From a virus (lineage: Duplodnaviria > Caudoviricetes), in IMG/VR virus record IMGVR_UViG_3300012974_000008, positions 4,409-68,408 of that record: a stretch of 64,000 nucleotides of DNA; one strand, written 5' to 3'. Positions within the stretch are counted from its first letter, which is position 1, and each line of letters opens with the position of its first letter. The notes under the pieces were generated by a model. The model did not search any database and was not told the origin of the DNA. It worked only from the letters and a program-made list of their open reading frames with translations. A program made the position numbers and the translations under genes. Positions 1 to 9,671 of the stretch are shown here, one piece after another.

Positions 1-459
1 GAAGTCGTCGCGCGCCGGATCGAAATAGTAGAGACGATCATCCACCCACATGAGCGTGGCGTTGATCTCCTTGCAGAACACTTCCATCCAGTCCGGCACA
101 TGGATGAGCTTCCGAAAGTAGTGCCGCTCAACCGGGTTCGTCGGATTGTCAGCATCGTCGCGCCACGCCTGCTGAGAGTTTGCCGTCTCGGTGAGGATCG
201 AGTGCCTCGCTGCGGCCGACAGCAGCGCGGTGGCCTGGACGAGTCGCTTGATGGTGTTGAGCTGCCCTACGGCAACGGTGTCGACGTCGCGCCGACGGAC
301 ACTGCCTGCGGGTATCCCGACGGCGTCGAGAGAACTGGAGCTCAGGTCCTCATACTTCAGCCTGGCCAGGTCGTTGTTGATCTTGGATTCGATGAACCGG
401 GTCAGCCTGCGGTTGCGACGCTCGTAGTAGAAGGCCTTGGCTGAGGAAGGTGTCGTCAT
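1..459 (-). CDS. Hypothetical protein, runs off the window start
   Basis: Open frame MTTPSSAKAFYYERRNRRLTRFIESK... with GGGAG RBS; not in ORF track because it is truncated. Confidence 0.7.
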   Translation of the reverse strand, partial: MTTPSSAKAFYYERRNRRLTRFIESKINNDLARLKYEDLSSSSLDAVGIPAGSVRRRDVDTVAVGQLNTIKRLVQATALLSAAARHSILTETANSQQAWRDDADNPTNPVERHYFRKLIHVPDWMEVFCKEINATLMWVDDRLYYFDPARDDF

Positions 460-460
460 T

Positions 461-709
461 TTATACTCCCTTGATTTCCGCACTGTAGCGGGTGATTACG
501 TCGACTTCGCCGCGCTTCCACAACTTGGCCCATCGCCCCTCGACCGTCGAGACGAAGAATTGGCCGGCGACGTCGTATGCCAGTGTTGTGTAGGGGTTTT
601 CGCCATCCCCCAGGTCTCCGTCGCGGACCCAGATCTCACAGATGTTGTACCGAACCTCGGTATCCGGTACTGGCCAGATGGTCCCGGGGGCGTCTGCCAG
701 GAAGTCCAT
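461..709 (-). CDS. Hypothetical protein (82 aa)
   Basis: C-terminal part of track ORF 461..949 from ATG at 709 (MDFLADAPG...), GGGAG RBS, TGATG overlap with upstream ORF. Confidence 0.65.
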   Translation of the reverse strand: MDFLADAPGTIWPVPDTEVRYNICEIWVRDGDLGDGENPYTTLAYDVAGQFFVSTVEGRWAKLWKRGEVDVITRYSAEIKGV

Positions 710-864
710 CACGGCTCCCTGAGTTCGATGACGTAGGACGTGAGGAGCTGCTTGTCCTCGATGTACTTCGCGGCGTCCTCGGCGTTGTCGAAGGGCCCGA
801 TGTACTTGTACGGCGACGCCGGGAACTTCTGCAGCACAGCTGCCTTGGAGGTCGGCAGGGTCAC
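709..864 (-). CDS. Hypothetical protein (51 aa)
   Basis: GTG start overlapping xseB stop; MTLPTSKAAVLQKFPASPYKYIGPFDNAEDAAKYIED...; its stop overlaps the next ATG. Confidence 0.6.
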   Translation of the reverse strand: MTLPTSKAAVLQKFPASPYKYIGPFDNAEDAAKYIEDKQLLTSYVIELREP

Positions 865-1052
865 GGATTGGCCTCCTTGAGTACGTCAGACAGGGACTCG
901 CGCGCGATGCGGAGGTGGTCCTCGCAGATCTTCTTGAGCTCGAGTGCACGCTCCCAGGCCGGAAAGAGTTCGTCGATGGTCAGCTTGCCGCTCGCGACCT
1001 TGCGGGTGATCTGCTCGAGCTCGGTCTGCGCCTCTTCGTAGGACAGGGACAT
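861..1052 (-). CDS. xseB: Exodeoxyribonuclease VII small subunit
   Basis: LSYEEAQTELEQITRKVASGKLTIDELFPAWERALELKKIC matches the XseB pattern; adjacent to xseA. Confidence 0.9.
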   Translation of the reverse strand: MSLSYEEAQTELEQITRKVASGKLTIDELFPAWERALELKKICEDHLRIARESLSDVLKEANP

Positions 1053-1064
1053 GCGCTTCTCCTC

Positions 1065-2231
1065 TTAAACGGTGACGGCTTCGAACGAGCCGTCCTTGGT
1101 GGTGACGGTGAATCGGGTGCCAGCGGCGGGGTTGGGCCCGGAGATGCCGACAACGACTGCGTATCCGCGGTTGAGCACCTTCTGGTGGTCGAGGGCGTTG
1201 AGGGCCTCCCCCAGCGCGCGGATCGACTGCTCACGTCGGGCGATGAAGTCCGCGGAGTTGTCCAGCAGGTTGTTCACCGCGAGCCGGGTGCGGTGTCCCT
1301 CGTTGTCGATCGTCTGGGCGATCGTGCTGGCCACCTGCTGAGCCATCGAGTCAATCCGAAGCTGGCCATTCTGAATCTGCCCACTGATCGCTCCTTCGAT
1401 CCGCTCGAACGTCTGTTCGATATGTCGGAGCTCATTGAACACGTTGGGTACGACACGCTTGGCGGCGTCCGTCGGCGTCGCCGCGCGTAGGTCGACCACG
1501 CGATCGAGCAGTGGCCGGTCATTCTCGTGGCCGATCGCGCTGACCGTCGGCGTGCTGGCCGCGAAGGCCGCGCGGACCAGGGCCTCGTCGTACCAGGGCA
1601 GTAGATCCTGCTTCGATCCGCCCCCGCGGGCCAGGATGATGATGTCGACCTCGGGGTCAGAATCCAGCGCCCGAATGGCCTCCACAGCCCGGCCGACGCA
1701 ACGTTGCCCCTGGACCGGGATGTGGACCGTCCTGAAGGTCACATACGGCCAGCGGTCACGGGCGACGTTCAGGACATCCTTTTCGGCATCGCTGTCGGCC
1801 GCGGTGATCAGTCCGATGAGCTTCGGAACCGCCGGCAGCTTCTGCTTGTGCCGGGGATGGAACAGCCCCTCGGAATCTAGCTTCTTCTCGAGGGCTTCAA
1901 GCTGGGTCTGTATTGCACCTTCGCCGACGGGTTCGATCTGGCTGACCCGCAGGGATAGGCTGCCGCGGGAGTTCCAGTACTGCGGGTGTCCATAGACCTT
2001 CACGTGGTCGCCGCTGGACACCTCCGCAGGGATCACGCTGGGCGTGGCGGTGATGGAGATGGACTGATTCTTCTCGGTGTCTCGCATCTCGAGGAACGCC
2101 ACCGACCCGCTCGGGCGGTGGACGCGGGTCAGCTGACCCTCAACCCACACATCGCCCAGCTTGCCGATGTAGCCACCAATTTCCTTGTTGTAGCGGCTGA
2201 CCGACCACGGTGACTCCTGAGTGGCCGTCAC
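1065..2231 (-). CDS. xseA: Exodeoxyribonuclease VII large subunit
   Basis: N-terminal OB fold (VWVEGQL), IGLITA, ILARGGGSKQDL, SAIGHEND, AATPTDAA motifs; GTG start at 2231 overlaps upstream stop. Confidence 0.95.
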   Translation of the reverse strand: MTATQESPWSVSRYNKEIGGYIGKLGDVWVEGQLTRVHRPSGSVAFLEMRDTEKNQSISITATPSVIPAEVSSGDHVKVYGHPQYWNSRGSLSLRVSQIEPVGEGAIQTQLEALEKKLDSEGLFHPRHKQKLPAVPKLIGLITAADSDAEKDVLNVARDRWPYVTFRTVHIPVQGQRCVGRAVEAIRALDSDPEVDIIILARGGGSKQDLLPWYDEALVRAAFAASTPTVSAIGHENDRPLLDRVVDLRAATPTDAAKRVVPNVFNELRHIEQTFERIEGAISGQIQNGQLRIDSMAQQVASTIAQTIDNEGHRTRLAVNNLLDNSADFIARREQSIRALGEALNALDHQKVLNRGYAVVVGISGPNPAAGTRFTVTTKDGSFEAVTV

Positions 2232-2419
2232 TCGCGCACCTCGCTCAGGGCCTGCTCGATCGCCCCATCCAGCGAGTCGCGCATGCCGGCGACGTGCTCG
2301 ATCATGCCGCTCAGGCCCACCGCGGCGAAGGCGTCCATCACGAAGTCCAGCCGATCCTGCCATGCCAGCACCGCGTAGTACACCGCCCGAAGCTGGGCGA
2401 CGCTTGGCTCCTCACTCAT
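2228..2419 (-). CDS. Hypothetical protein (63 aa)
   Basis: MSEEPSVAQLRAV..., AGGAG RBS, stop overlaps xseA start. Confidence 0.65.
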   Translation of the reverse strand: MSEEPSVAQLRAVYYAVLAWQDRLDFVMDAFAAVGLSGMIEHVAGMRDSLDGAIEQALSEVRE

Positions 2420-2516
2420 CTGTGAACATCTCCTGTCTAGCCACTGACGCAATAGCTAGACAGACGGTATCAGCCACCCCCCCGAGAAAGTGCGCCAGGA
2501 CACGCCAAACTGGGTG

Positions 2517-2546
2517 TTGACGCATCCGCAGCCATGTGTCTAAACT
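2517..2546 (+). promoter_or_regulatory. SigA-type promoter for the membrane protein/Lsr2 cassette
   Basis: TTGACG-N18-TAAACT. Confidence 0.55.
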
Positions 2547-2692
2547 GTGAAGCACAGGCTAGACAGTCGGAATTAACAGGGGGGGACGAAATGAGAGCTA
2601 GAGAGCCACCGGGCAGCGAGTCCAACGGCACGAACACCGCCCGCGCCCCATAGAGAAGGAGGGCAATCGTAAAGGCGCCGCACAGAATAGAA

Positions 2693-2727
2693 AGTAGGAC
2701 CCCTCCCAGATCGGGAGGGGTCCTACT
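2693..2727. other. Perfect 15-bp hairpin (terminator or processing site)
   Basis: AGTAGGACCCCTCCC-AGATC-GGGAGGGGTCCTACT. Confidence 0.7.
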
Positions 2728-2747
2728 TATATTGCGATCCAAGTCAC

Positions 2748-3278
2748 ATGACTGATAGTATCCAACCTGTGGATAGACAGGTAACAATACGCATACCCAA
2801 ACGTCCTGTCGTTATATGTGCCGGACTCGTCATCGCCGTGGTGGCAGCCCTCGGTGTATACATCTCGATTGACGATATGGTAAAGAATGATGAGGACGGT
2901 ACGCCTACATACATTGCTGCCTGTGGAGAGGAATGCGGAGACATCTACATGCGACTCAACCTGGGGGTGTGCACAGACACCACCGAGCAGTGTGGTAGGG
3001 ACGCCGAGTGGATGGCTAGCAAGCTGGTGGCCATCAACGGGAACCTGGAATCGCACCCCGGGGCAGGGGGCCTGTTCGGCGCCCGGGCGAACACTGCGTG
3101 GAGATCATTTCAGAGTAACTGCGTATACGGCGCGAAAGACTGGGACGACACCATCACCCTCTCTATCCGCGGGGTCGCCGGCGAAGGCGACTGCCGGTGG
3201 GTGGCAGATACCGCGATTGAACTGACCGAACGATTCATAGGTTCCATGGAAGAGGAAGGCGGTACCGACAATGGCTAG
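2748..3278 (+). CDS. Single-pass membrane protein with Cys-rich ectodomain
   Basis: Hydrophobic VVICAGLVIAVVAALGVYISI followed by a domain with 6 Cys. Confidence 0.75.
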   Translation: MTDSIQPVDRQVTIRIPKRPVVICAGLVIAVVAALGVYISIDDMVKNDEDGTPTYIAACGEECGDIYMRLNLGVCTDTTEQCGRDAEWMASKLVAINGNLESHPGAGGLFGARANTAWRSFQSNCVYGAKDWDDTITLSIRGVAGEGDCRWVADTAIELTERFIGSMEEEGGTDNG

Positions 3279-3606
3279 AGAGATGCATGTCACACTCATT
3301 GACGATCTTGACGGAAAACCCATCGAGGAGGGCGAAGGCAGCACGGTAACCTTCTCCCTGCAGGGCATCGATTACGAGATCGATTTGCGAACAGCCAATC
3401 TCATGAAATTTGAGAAGGCAATGGAGAAGTACATCAACGCCGCCACCCGAGTTGGTGGCCGCAAACGCACCAAGAAGGCCAAGGGCACCACACGGGCCGA
3501 AGCGCTCAGGGAGGTGCGTGAGTGGGCATGGTCTCAGGGTTACGAACTGTCAAGCAAAGGCCGTGTGCCCCAACACATCATGGACGCCTTCGCCGAGGCG
3601 AAGTAG
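3271..3606 (+). CDS. lsr2: Lsr2-like nucleoid-associated DNA-bridging protein
   Basis: TLIDDLDG..TVTFSLQGIDYEIDL dimerisation domain; C-terminal REVREWA..GYELSSKGRVP AT-hook-like motif. Confidence 0.93.
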   Translation: MAREMHVTLIDDLDGKPIEEGEGSTVTFSLQGIDYEIDLRTANLMKFEKAMEKYINAATRVGGRKRTKKAKGTTRAEALREVREWAWSQGYELSSKGRVPQHIMDAFAEAK

Positions 3607-3607
3607 C

Positions 3608-4168
3608 TCACACCGGGGCCACCTCGATGTAGGAATCCACCGGCGACACGCCATCCCACCACGGGGAGTCAACCGTGGAGAACACGGTCCCCGGCTCGTA
3701 TGCGTACGCAACCACTTCCAGGAGGATGACGTCGCCGTTCGACACGGTGCGCGGCACCTCGAAGCTGTGGAGCGCCATGGTTCCAGTGACGTTCTGCGAC
3801 GCAATAACAGTGCCGTTGTGCTTGATGCGGAAGGTGACCACGGTCGCACCGCCCGCCTTGCGTAGGTACAGGCCCGCGCGGACAACGGCGGGCGTCGAGG
3901 CGGCAGCTACCACGCGGAGCTGCCTGTCGTTCTCGACGACCGCCGGCGCGCCTGGGTTGGGCACCCATCCCGGCACCGTCTCGGTCGTGGTGGATTTGTA
4001 TGTGGGTCGCTTGTCCATCCGCTGACGAGCCAGGGAGGACAGCAGGCTCACAAACTTCGTGCCGTCCCACTCGTACACACCCTGCGGCGCGACGAATGCG
4101 GACCCGTTCCAGATTCGATACTGCGAGGGATCGGCATACGCACTGCCATTCCAGATCTTCAGTGGCAT
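3608..4168 (-). CDS. Minor tail / fibre-associated protein
   Basis: MPLKIWNGSAY..IWNGSAF..EWDGTKF Trp repeats typical of actinophage tail-end proteins; follows the fibre gene by TGATG overlap. Confidence 0.7.
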   Translation of the reverse strand: MPLKIWNGSAYADPSQYRIWNGSAFVAPQGVYEWDGTKFVSLLSSLARQRMDKRPTYKSTTTETVPGWVPNPGAPAVVENDRQLRVVAAASTPAVVRAGLYLRKAGGATVVTFRIKHNGTVIASQNVTGTMALHSFEVPRTVSNGDVILLEVVAYAYEPGTVFSTVDSPWWDGVSPVDSYIEVAPV

Positions 4169-6036
4169 CAGGGCACCACGTAGAGCTTTCCCACCTCGCC
4201 AGTCGCCGGCAGTGGCCCGAAGACCACGGGGCTGGACTGCAGTGAGGTGTCGGCCCTGTCGAGTGAGACCTGGACGTCGCTGGCGAGCTTCGACCTCGCG
4301 ATGGTGGGGATTCGCGCTGCGGCGAAGGTGCCCGAGGTGACCTCGCTGGCGGCGTGACTGTGCGCCGCGTTGGCCTTGGCGTCGAGTGCGGCCTGGGTTG
4401 CGGTGGAGATCGGCTTGCTGGCGTCGCTGGTGTTGTCTACGTTGCCCAGGCCAACGTCGCCCTTGACCAGGGTTACATTGCCGGTCCTGCCCGCAACCGA
4501 CGCGACCGCATCGGTGGTGTCGGACTTCTCCCACCGGTCGCCGTTGTAGATGACGTAGTCCCCGACATCGAACGTGATGTTGCCGGCGCCGAAGTTGCGG
4601 GTGCCTGCGGTGCCAACGCGGTAGACGTCGCCCTGATCGCCAGTGGTGTTGGCCAGTGCCGGGGTGTTCGTCGAAGCATTCCAGACACCCTTGTACTCCA
4701 TGATGGAGGAAGGCAGCTGGGAGACAGGCACTTTGCCGCCGGCGTCGAGGCTGGCGTAGCCGTTGGCGACACCCTTGTTGGCCATCTTCTCCGCTGGGGC
4801 CACCGCTCCGTCAACATAGTTCCTCGTGGCGGCATGATCCACGTCTACCGGGTCGGCAAACTTGGCCCGGCCGTTGCCGTCCCGGAGGACCAGCGAGTTG
4901 TTTGCGGCGCTACTGGTGAACGGGATGGTGGTCGGGTTCCCCGAGCCGTCATTGGAGTAGGCCCGGTTGTTTCCAGCGGCCCTGGCGACCTTGGTGTCGA
5001 CGTAGGCCTTGCGCGCCAGGTGGTCATTGCTGGTGGGATCTGCCGAGTATGCGATCGGGCCAAGCATGGTCCCGCCACCCAGCGCCAGGAAAGACGCCTC
5101 AAGCAGCGGCGAATTGTATGCCAGGCAGAACAGCGAGGTGATTCGGAACGACGCGTTCATGAAGTTCTGAAAGGTGTACCGCAACTTCGTCAGTGGCGCC
5201 GTCGCGTCGGATGGCACGCTGACTCGCGTGATGATGAGTCCCGAGGTGTTCGTGCTTCGCAAATCGAGCACATGCCAGGCATTGCTGTAGAACCCCTCGA
5301 TCTGCACAGAGTTGGCCCGGAAGCTGGTCGACATAGCGACGCCGACCACCGTTCCGTACCGGAAGGATGTGTGACAATCAACCGTGGCGACAATCGTGTC
5401 CGTCGGGGCAACCGGGATGCTCATCGACTGCACGTTGGGCTCAAACACCCGCAGCTGAGTCTCGACCGTGACTCCCGGCGCTCCCCCGTTCTTGGTCACA
5501 GTCAACCCACCACCGCGGGCTACGTTGTAAGAGAGGTCGTTGAACAGGTGTGGCAGATGGGTGAATCCGGTCGACTCGGGCGCCCATACGCCTACCGCCC
5601 CGACTGCGCCCGGCGGCGCGATCACATTGCCATCGAGGATTCGCGGCGTGGTCGAGTCCACGTAGGTCTTGGTTGCCGTGCTCATCGGCTTGCTGGCGTC
5701 GCTGGTGTTGTCGACGTTGCCCAGGTCGACGTCGGACTTGGTCAGCGAGACTGCGCCGGTGCGGCCGTTGACTGTGGCAACCCCGCCGGCGTCACCCTTG
5801 TCACCCTTGTCGCCTTTGTCTCCCTTTATTCCTTGCTGCCCCTGGGGTCCTCGGTCGCCCGGGTCACCCTTGGCGCCGCGGTCACCCTTGTCACCCTTGT
5901 CTCCCTTGTCACCCTTGGGTCCGGGGTCACCCTTGACCGGAATGAACTGTGCGGTACCGGGCTTGGAGAACGTCAGGACCTCGGAGGCGTCGGTCTGAAC
6001 GTTGACGGTGCGATCGTCGGACCCGATGAGCTGCAT
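4168..6036 (-). CDS. Tail fibre with collagen-like Gly-X-Y repeat
   Basis: KGDPGPKGDKGDKGDKGDRGAKGD... tract; duplicated GRTG.V.L.K.DV.LGNVDNTSDASKP.STAT module; start MQLIGSDD at 6036. Confidence 0.85.
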   Translation of the reverse strand: MQLIGSDDRTVNVQTDASEVLTFSKPGTAQFIPVKGDPGPKGDKGDKGDKGDRGAKGDPGDRGPQGQQGIKGDKGDKGDKGDAGGVATVNGRTGAVSLTKSDVDLGNVDNTSDASKPMSTATKTYVDSTTPRILDGNVIAPPGAVGAVGVWAPESTGFTHLPHLFNDLSYNVARGGGLTVTKNGGAPGVTVETQLRVFEPNVQSMSIPVAPTDTIVATVDCHTSFRYGTVVGVAMSTSFRANSVQIEGFYSNAWHVLDLRSTNTSGLIITRVSVPSDATAPLTKLRYTFQNFMNASFRITSLFCLAYNSPLLEASFLALGGGTMLGPIAYSADPTSNDHLARKAYVDTKVARAAGNNRAYSNDGSGNPTTIPFTSSAANNSLVLRDGNGRAKFADPVDVDHAATRNYVDGAVAPAEKMANKGVANGYASLDAGGKVPVSQLPSSIMEYKGVWNASTNTPALANTTGDQGDVYRVGTAGTRNFGAGNITFDVGDYVIYNGDRWEKSDTTDAVASVAGRTGNVTLVKGDVGLGNVDNTSDASKPISTATQAALDAKANAAHSHAASEVTSGTFAAARIPTIARSKLASDVQVSLDRADTSLQSSPVVFGPLPATGEVGKLYVVP

Positions 6037-6755
6037 CAGACCATCACCTTCTTCGCCAGGCCCGTCTGGAGCTCCCGGGTGGGAGCGGCGGCGTCCTGCT
6101 TGAACATCAGCCAGTAGCGCATCCCGGCATCGACTTCGGAGACCTCGGGGCCGGGGATGTGAATGGTGGCGGTGTCGTTGTCGATGTCGAAGTCCCAGCG
6201 CACCGGCTGTGACTCGGCAGTGCCGAACAGGTAGTAGAGCTCTGCGTCGTCGTCGTACTGGCCCGTCGACAGTCGATAGCTGTATACGAAGTCGCCAACG
6301 GTGGGCAGGTTGAGATCGAGAATCGGGGTGGCCCGATTGCCCGCCCAGGTGACATCCGGCTCGTCGATGACGTCGTTGAGCCGCAGTTCGTTGCCGGATT
6401 CGGGTGGCAGGAAGGTGATGTCGCGCGAGGGGATCGCCAGGCCGTTGAAGTTCAGTGTCGGTCGTGCGGTCCATCGGACGGGGCGGTTGCCGATCGTCGC
6501 CGCGAGCCACACCCCGGGCCGGCCCTGGAGATCCTCGATTTCGCCATTGACGACGACCGCGGTGATCTCGGAGAGTGACACCGAGCGTGTGGGATCGCCC
6601 GTGGGGTACGCCGGCGCCTTGGGATCCACCGAGGGGATGAACCTGACATTGCCGGTGACACCGACCTCGTCCGGTTCGGAGTCGAGGTCGACCATGCCAT
6701 CTTCGACCAGGTGGGTCCACTTGGCCGTTACGTGTTGATAGGTGATGTCCGCCAT
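6036..6755 (-). CDS. Minor tail protein (baseplate/fibre adaptor)
   Basis: MADITYQHVTAKW...DSEPDEVGVTGNVRFIP; position in tail module. Confidence 0.75.
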   Translation of the reverse strand: MADITYQHVTAKWTHLVEDGMVDLDSEPDEVGVTGNVRFIPSVDPKAPAYPTGDPTRSVSLSEITAVVVNGEIEDLQGRPGVWLAATIGNRPVRWTARPTLNFNGLAIPSRDITFLPPESGNELRLNDVIDEPDVTWAGNRATPILDLNLPTVGDFVYSYRLSTGQYDDDAELYYLFGTAESQPVRWDFDIDNDTATIHIPGPEVSEVDAGMRYWLMFKQDAAAPTRELQTGLAKKVMV

Positions 6756-6763
6756 TGTTTTCC

Positions 6764-8560
6764 TTAGCTGACAGTTTGGTCGATGTCGTAGATGAGCAGG
6801 TCGTCCCAGGAGGGGCTGTTGGTGAACAGTGCGCGACTGACGCCGAGACCGCCGGTGCGCTTGCCCCGACCGCGCTGTGCGAGGTTGTTGGGATCGGGCA
6901 GGTCTGTGACGGTCACGCCGTTGCGTTTGAAGTAGTACGTCGCGGTATCGGGGTCGAATTCGATCCGCCAACGCGCCGCACCCTCCGGGAGGTTGCCAAC
7001 CTCTTTGACCTCGGCCGAATTGGCCGGATCGCTGGGGCTGGTGATGAACACCTTGACGGTGGCCCTGTTCCCCGAGTTGATCAGCATGCCAACACCACTC
7101 GTGCCGTTGGTGGTGGTGTGCAGGCGCATCTGGCTCGGTATGATGTTGGTGCCTGACAGCGTGGCCTCGATGGCACAGCGGTCGGTCGACATCTGACCCT
7201 TGTAGATGATGTATTGCGTACTGTCGGCGAGTCCGGAGTGGCCGAATCGGCCATCCTTGATCTTGGCACCGGCACCGAGGGTGTAGGCGGCGTTGTTCGC
7301 GGTGTTGAGGTCGTCGAACCAGTACTGCGGGGGCGAGATGTAGATCTGACCGAGGTCGGGGGCAATCTGAGCGAACGGCGTCCGGCCGATCCGCCAGGCT
7401 GCAGCGTTACTGAGGGTGACCGTGGACCCCACCTGCGGAGCCCCGGTCAGGGCTACGTTCAGGTGCGTGCCATAGGGGACGCTGTGATATGCGGGTATTC
7501 GGTGGTTGCCAAGTCCATCTGCGGAGCCGAATGATGTTGCCACGAGCAGGTTTCCGGTTCCCTCAGTGGTCCACATGACCGCCATGAGTTCGCCGACCGA
7601 TGGGGAGTACTCCTCATCGAATGTGGTGTCCACCCACCCGTAGCTTGTTCCGATCTGGGTGATGAAGTTCGTGCTGCGTGCGACGCACATCCACCGGTTG
7701 TTCTCGTAGTCGTAGGTCCACAGCGTGACCCGGCCGTCGGTGAGTGAGCCGGTGCCGCGGGCGAGGAAGGTGCAGACGTTTCGGGGAACGTCGGAGCGGG
7801 TGCGGAAGGTGGCGAAGGGGCCGATCCTGCTGGCTCCGCTCACCGCGGTCAGTGAGTAGGTGTTGCCGAGTGCGGCGTCTGCTGCATAGCTGCCCGGGCT
7901 GTGGGAGTGTGCTGCGCTGGACCCGCTCTGGCCGACGACCTGGAGGTTCCAGTCGTCGCGAACCGAGACCGAGTCGAGGTCACACGTGACGTCGCCGCCG
8001 GGTATGAGGCCCTGCCACAGTGGGACTGCGGATCGATACCGTAGCTCGTTTTCGTTGCGTAGCGCCTCAGACCTCGCCTTGAGGGCTGCCACGGCGTCGC
8101 GGACCTCTTGCTCTGTGAGGTTCTCTTCGACCTGCCCGGTGGTGGCGCCCTGCCACACCATGTTGGTCAGTTCCTGGTGTTTTCCGGTCGTATTGCTCTG
8201 CCAGCCAACAAGGTTCAGGAACCAGTCCTTGAAGTTGTTGACGATGTTGTTGATCGGGGTCACGACGACGCCGCGCACGATCTCGCCGATCTGGTTGAGT
8301 GTGGTCTGCACGCCGGCAATCAGGTCGCCGATCGGGTTCCAGTTCGACAGGTCCGAGATCCACTCCCAACCAGGGGGTGCGTTGTTCATCAGCTCCCCCA
8401 CCAGGTCCACCAGTGGAGAGAAGTTCCCGCCCAGGGCCTGCAGGACAGCGTTGACCCATTCCTGGATGTCTGCGATGAATCCGAGGAGGTCGACGATGTC
8501 GTCGGAGAAGTTCAGCCACTCGAAGATTTGGGTGGTGAGCCACTTGTTCTCTTCGTGCAC
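6764..8560 (-). CDS. Minor tail protein
   Basis: 598 aa, Trp-rich helical N-terminus and beta-rich C-terminus; tail-module context. Confidence 0.75.
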   Translation of the reverse strand: MHEENKWLTTQIFEWLNFSDDIVDLLGFIADIQEWVNAVLQALGGNFSPLVDLVGELMNNAPPGWEWISDLSNWNPIGDLIAGVQTTLNQIGEIVRGVVVTPINNIVNNFKDWFLNLVGWQSNTTGKHQELTNMVWQGATTGQVEENLTEQEVRDAVAALKARSEALRNENELRYRSAVPLWQGLIPGGDVTCDLDSVSVRDDWNLQVVGQSGSSAAHSHSPGSYAADAALGNTYSLTAVSGASRIGPFATFRTRSDVPRNVCTFLARGTGSLTDGRVTLWTYDYENNRWMCVARSTNFITQIGTSYGWVDTTFDEEYSPSVGELMAVMWTTEGTGNLLVATSFGSADGLGNHRIPAYHSVPYGTHLNVALTGAPQVGSTVTLSNAAAWRIGRTPFAQIAPDLGQIYISPPQYWFDDLNTANNAAYTLGAGAKIKDGRFGHSGLADSTQYIIYKGQMSTDRCAIEATLSGTNIIPSQMRLHTTTNGTSGVGMLINSGNRATVKVFITSPSDPANSAEVKEVGNLPEGAARWRIEFDPDTATYYFKRNGVTVTDLPDPNNLAQRGRGKRTGGLGVSRALFTNSPSWDDLLIYDIDQTVS

Positions 8561-8591
8561 TCTAATTTCCCCTTAGCGGATAGACGGTTGG

Positions 8592-9671
8592 TTAGGCGGG
8601 ATGGCGAAGCACTGACAGCTGCGCGTGCGAGGCCTTCACTTCCCAGCCACCGATGCCGCCCACGCGGGAGATGACAACGAAGACTTTCCCTGCATTGCCG
8701 GTGTGGTTGGCGGGGACGACACCGACATAACTGCCCGGTGCTGTGGACGTGCTCGGACTGGAGTTGGTGCTGAAGTGTGGGGTCAAGGTCACCATCTGGT
8801 CACCCCACCCCGCGAGTGCGACCCCCTTGGCGACGGTGGTTCCGTCATTGGCTGCTCCAGTGCCGCCGACGCGTGCCTCGATGGCCATCTGGGAGGTGTT
8901 GAACTGGTTGACGATGAAGTGTCCGGTGATATAGAGAGCCGTGGGGAACGAGAGGGGCTCGAGTGGCAGCTCCGCGAGGACTCGGTGGCTGTCGGTCAGC
9001 TGCGCGCCGGTGTTGGAGAATGCCGCCGAAGGGAGCGAGTAGTGCCGGATCGTCGGTGCCGAGCCGGGATACCAGCGCCCGGTGCTGGCGCTGTAGGTCA
9101 GCACCGCGCCGTCGGCGGGGGGTGTCGAGTTGTTGTAGTCGGTCGCGGCCGTGATCGCCGCGGCCGGTCCGGTGTCGCCCTTGGGGCCCGGGACCGCGGG
9201 GATGCCGATGTGAAGGACCTGCGAGCCGGCCGGGCCGGTGAGGCTGGCGACAGGCTCGTCGTCCTTGTGTAGGGTCTCGATCGAGACTCCGCTGAGTCCG
9301 CCCGGGGGGCCCTCGGGGCCTTGGGCGCCGAAGGCGTCCTGGAAGACCACCCAGTACGAGCCCGACCAGTAGTGCATGTCGTTGGTGTCGACGTTCCGAT
9401 ACGCCTTGCCGGCGTCGGAGGCTCCGAGCTGGAGGGCGGCAATATGCGCGCCAGTACGGTCCCCCATGTGCAAGAACGGAACCGCCGCATCGCCCTTGTC
9501 CCCCTTCGGGCCGCGCTGGCCACGGGGTAGCTCGATCATTCCTTCGCCGGGGGTCACCGAGATCGACAGGTGCCGCAGCGGCAGGCCTTCGTTGTCGTCG
9601 ACCGCATAGACGCGGATCGTGGGGTGAAGAACGTCTACCGGTTCACCGAAAAGGTCATTGTAGGAGGGCAT
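8592..9671 (-). CDS. Minor tail protein with short collagen-like segments
   Basis: MPSYNDLFGEP..., GQRGPKGDKG and GPKGDTGP repeats. Confidence 0.75.
   Translation of the reverse strand: MPSYNDLFGEPVDVLHPTIRVYAVDDNEGLPLRHLSISVTPGEGMIELPRGQRGPKGDKGDAAVPFLHMGDRTGAHIAALQLGASDAGKAYRNVDTNDMHYWSGSYWVVFQDAFGAQGPEGPPGGLSGVSIETLHKDDEPVASLTGPAGSQVLHIGIPAVPGPKGDTGPAAAITAATDYNNSTPPADGAVLTYSASTGRWYPGSAPTIRHYSLPSAAFSNTGAQLTDSHRVLAELPLEPLSFPTALYITGHFIVNQFNTSQMAIEARVGGTGAANDGTTVAKGVALAGWGDQMVTLTPHFSTNSSPSTSTAPGSYVGVVPANHTGNAGKVFVVISRVGGIGGWEVKASHAQLSVLRHPA

Noticed and set aside
2470-2787. Minus-strand hydrophobic ORF
   Set aside because: Spans the promoter and 15-bp hairpin with no clear RBS; could be a small membrane peptide but is unsupported.
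1-3606. Integration/immunity cassette at the tail-end junction
   Set aside because: No tyrosine or serine integrase, repressor or attP-like tRNA fragment was recognised here; lifestyle cannot be determined from this window.
4354-6117. 587-aa plus-strand ORF
   Set aside because: Antisense shadow of the tail fibre gene; typical of high-GC DNA, with no RBS or motifs.
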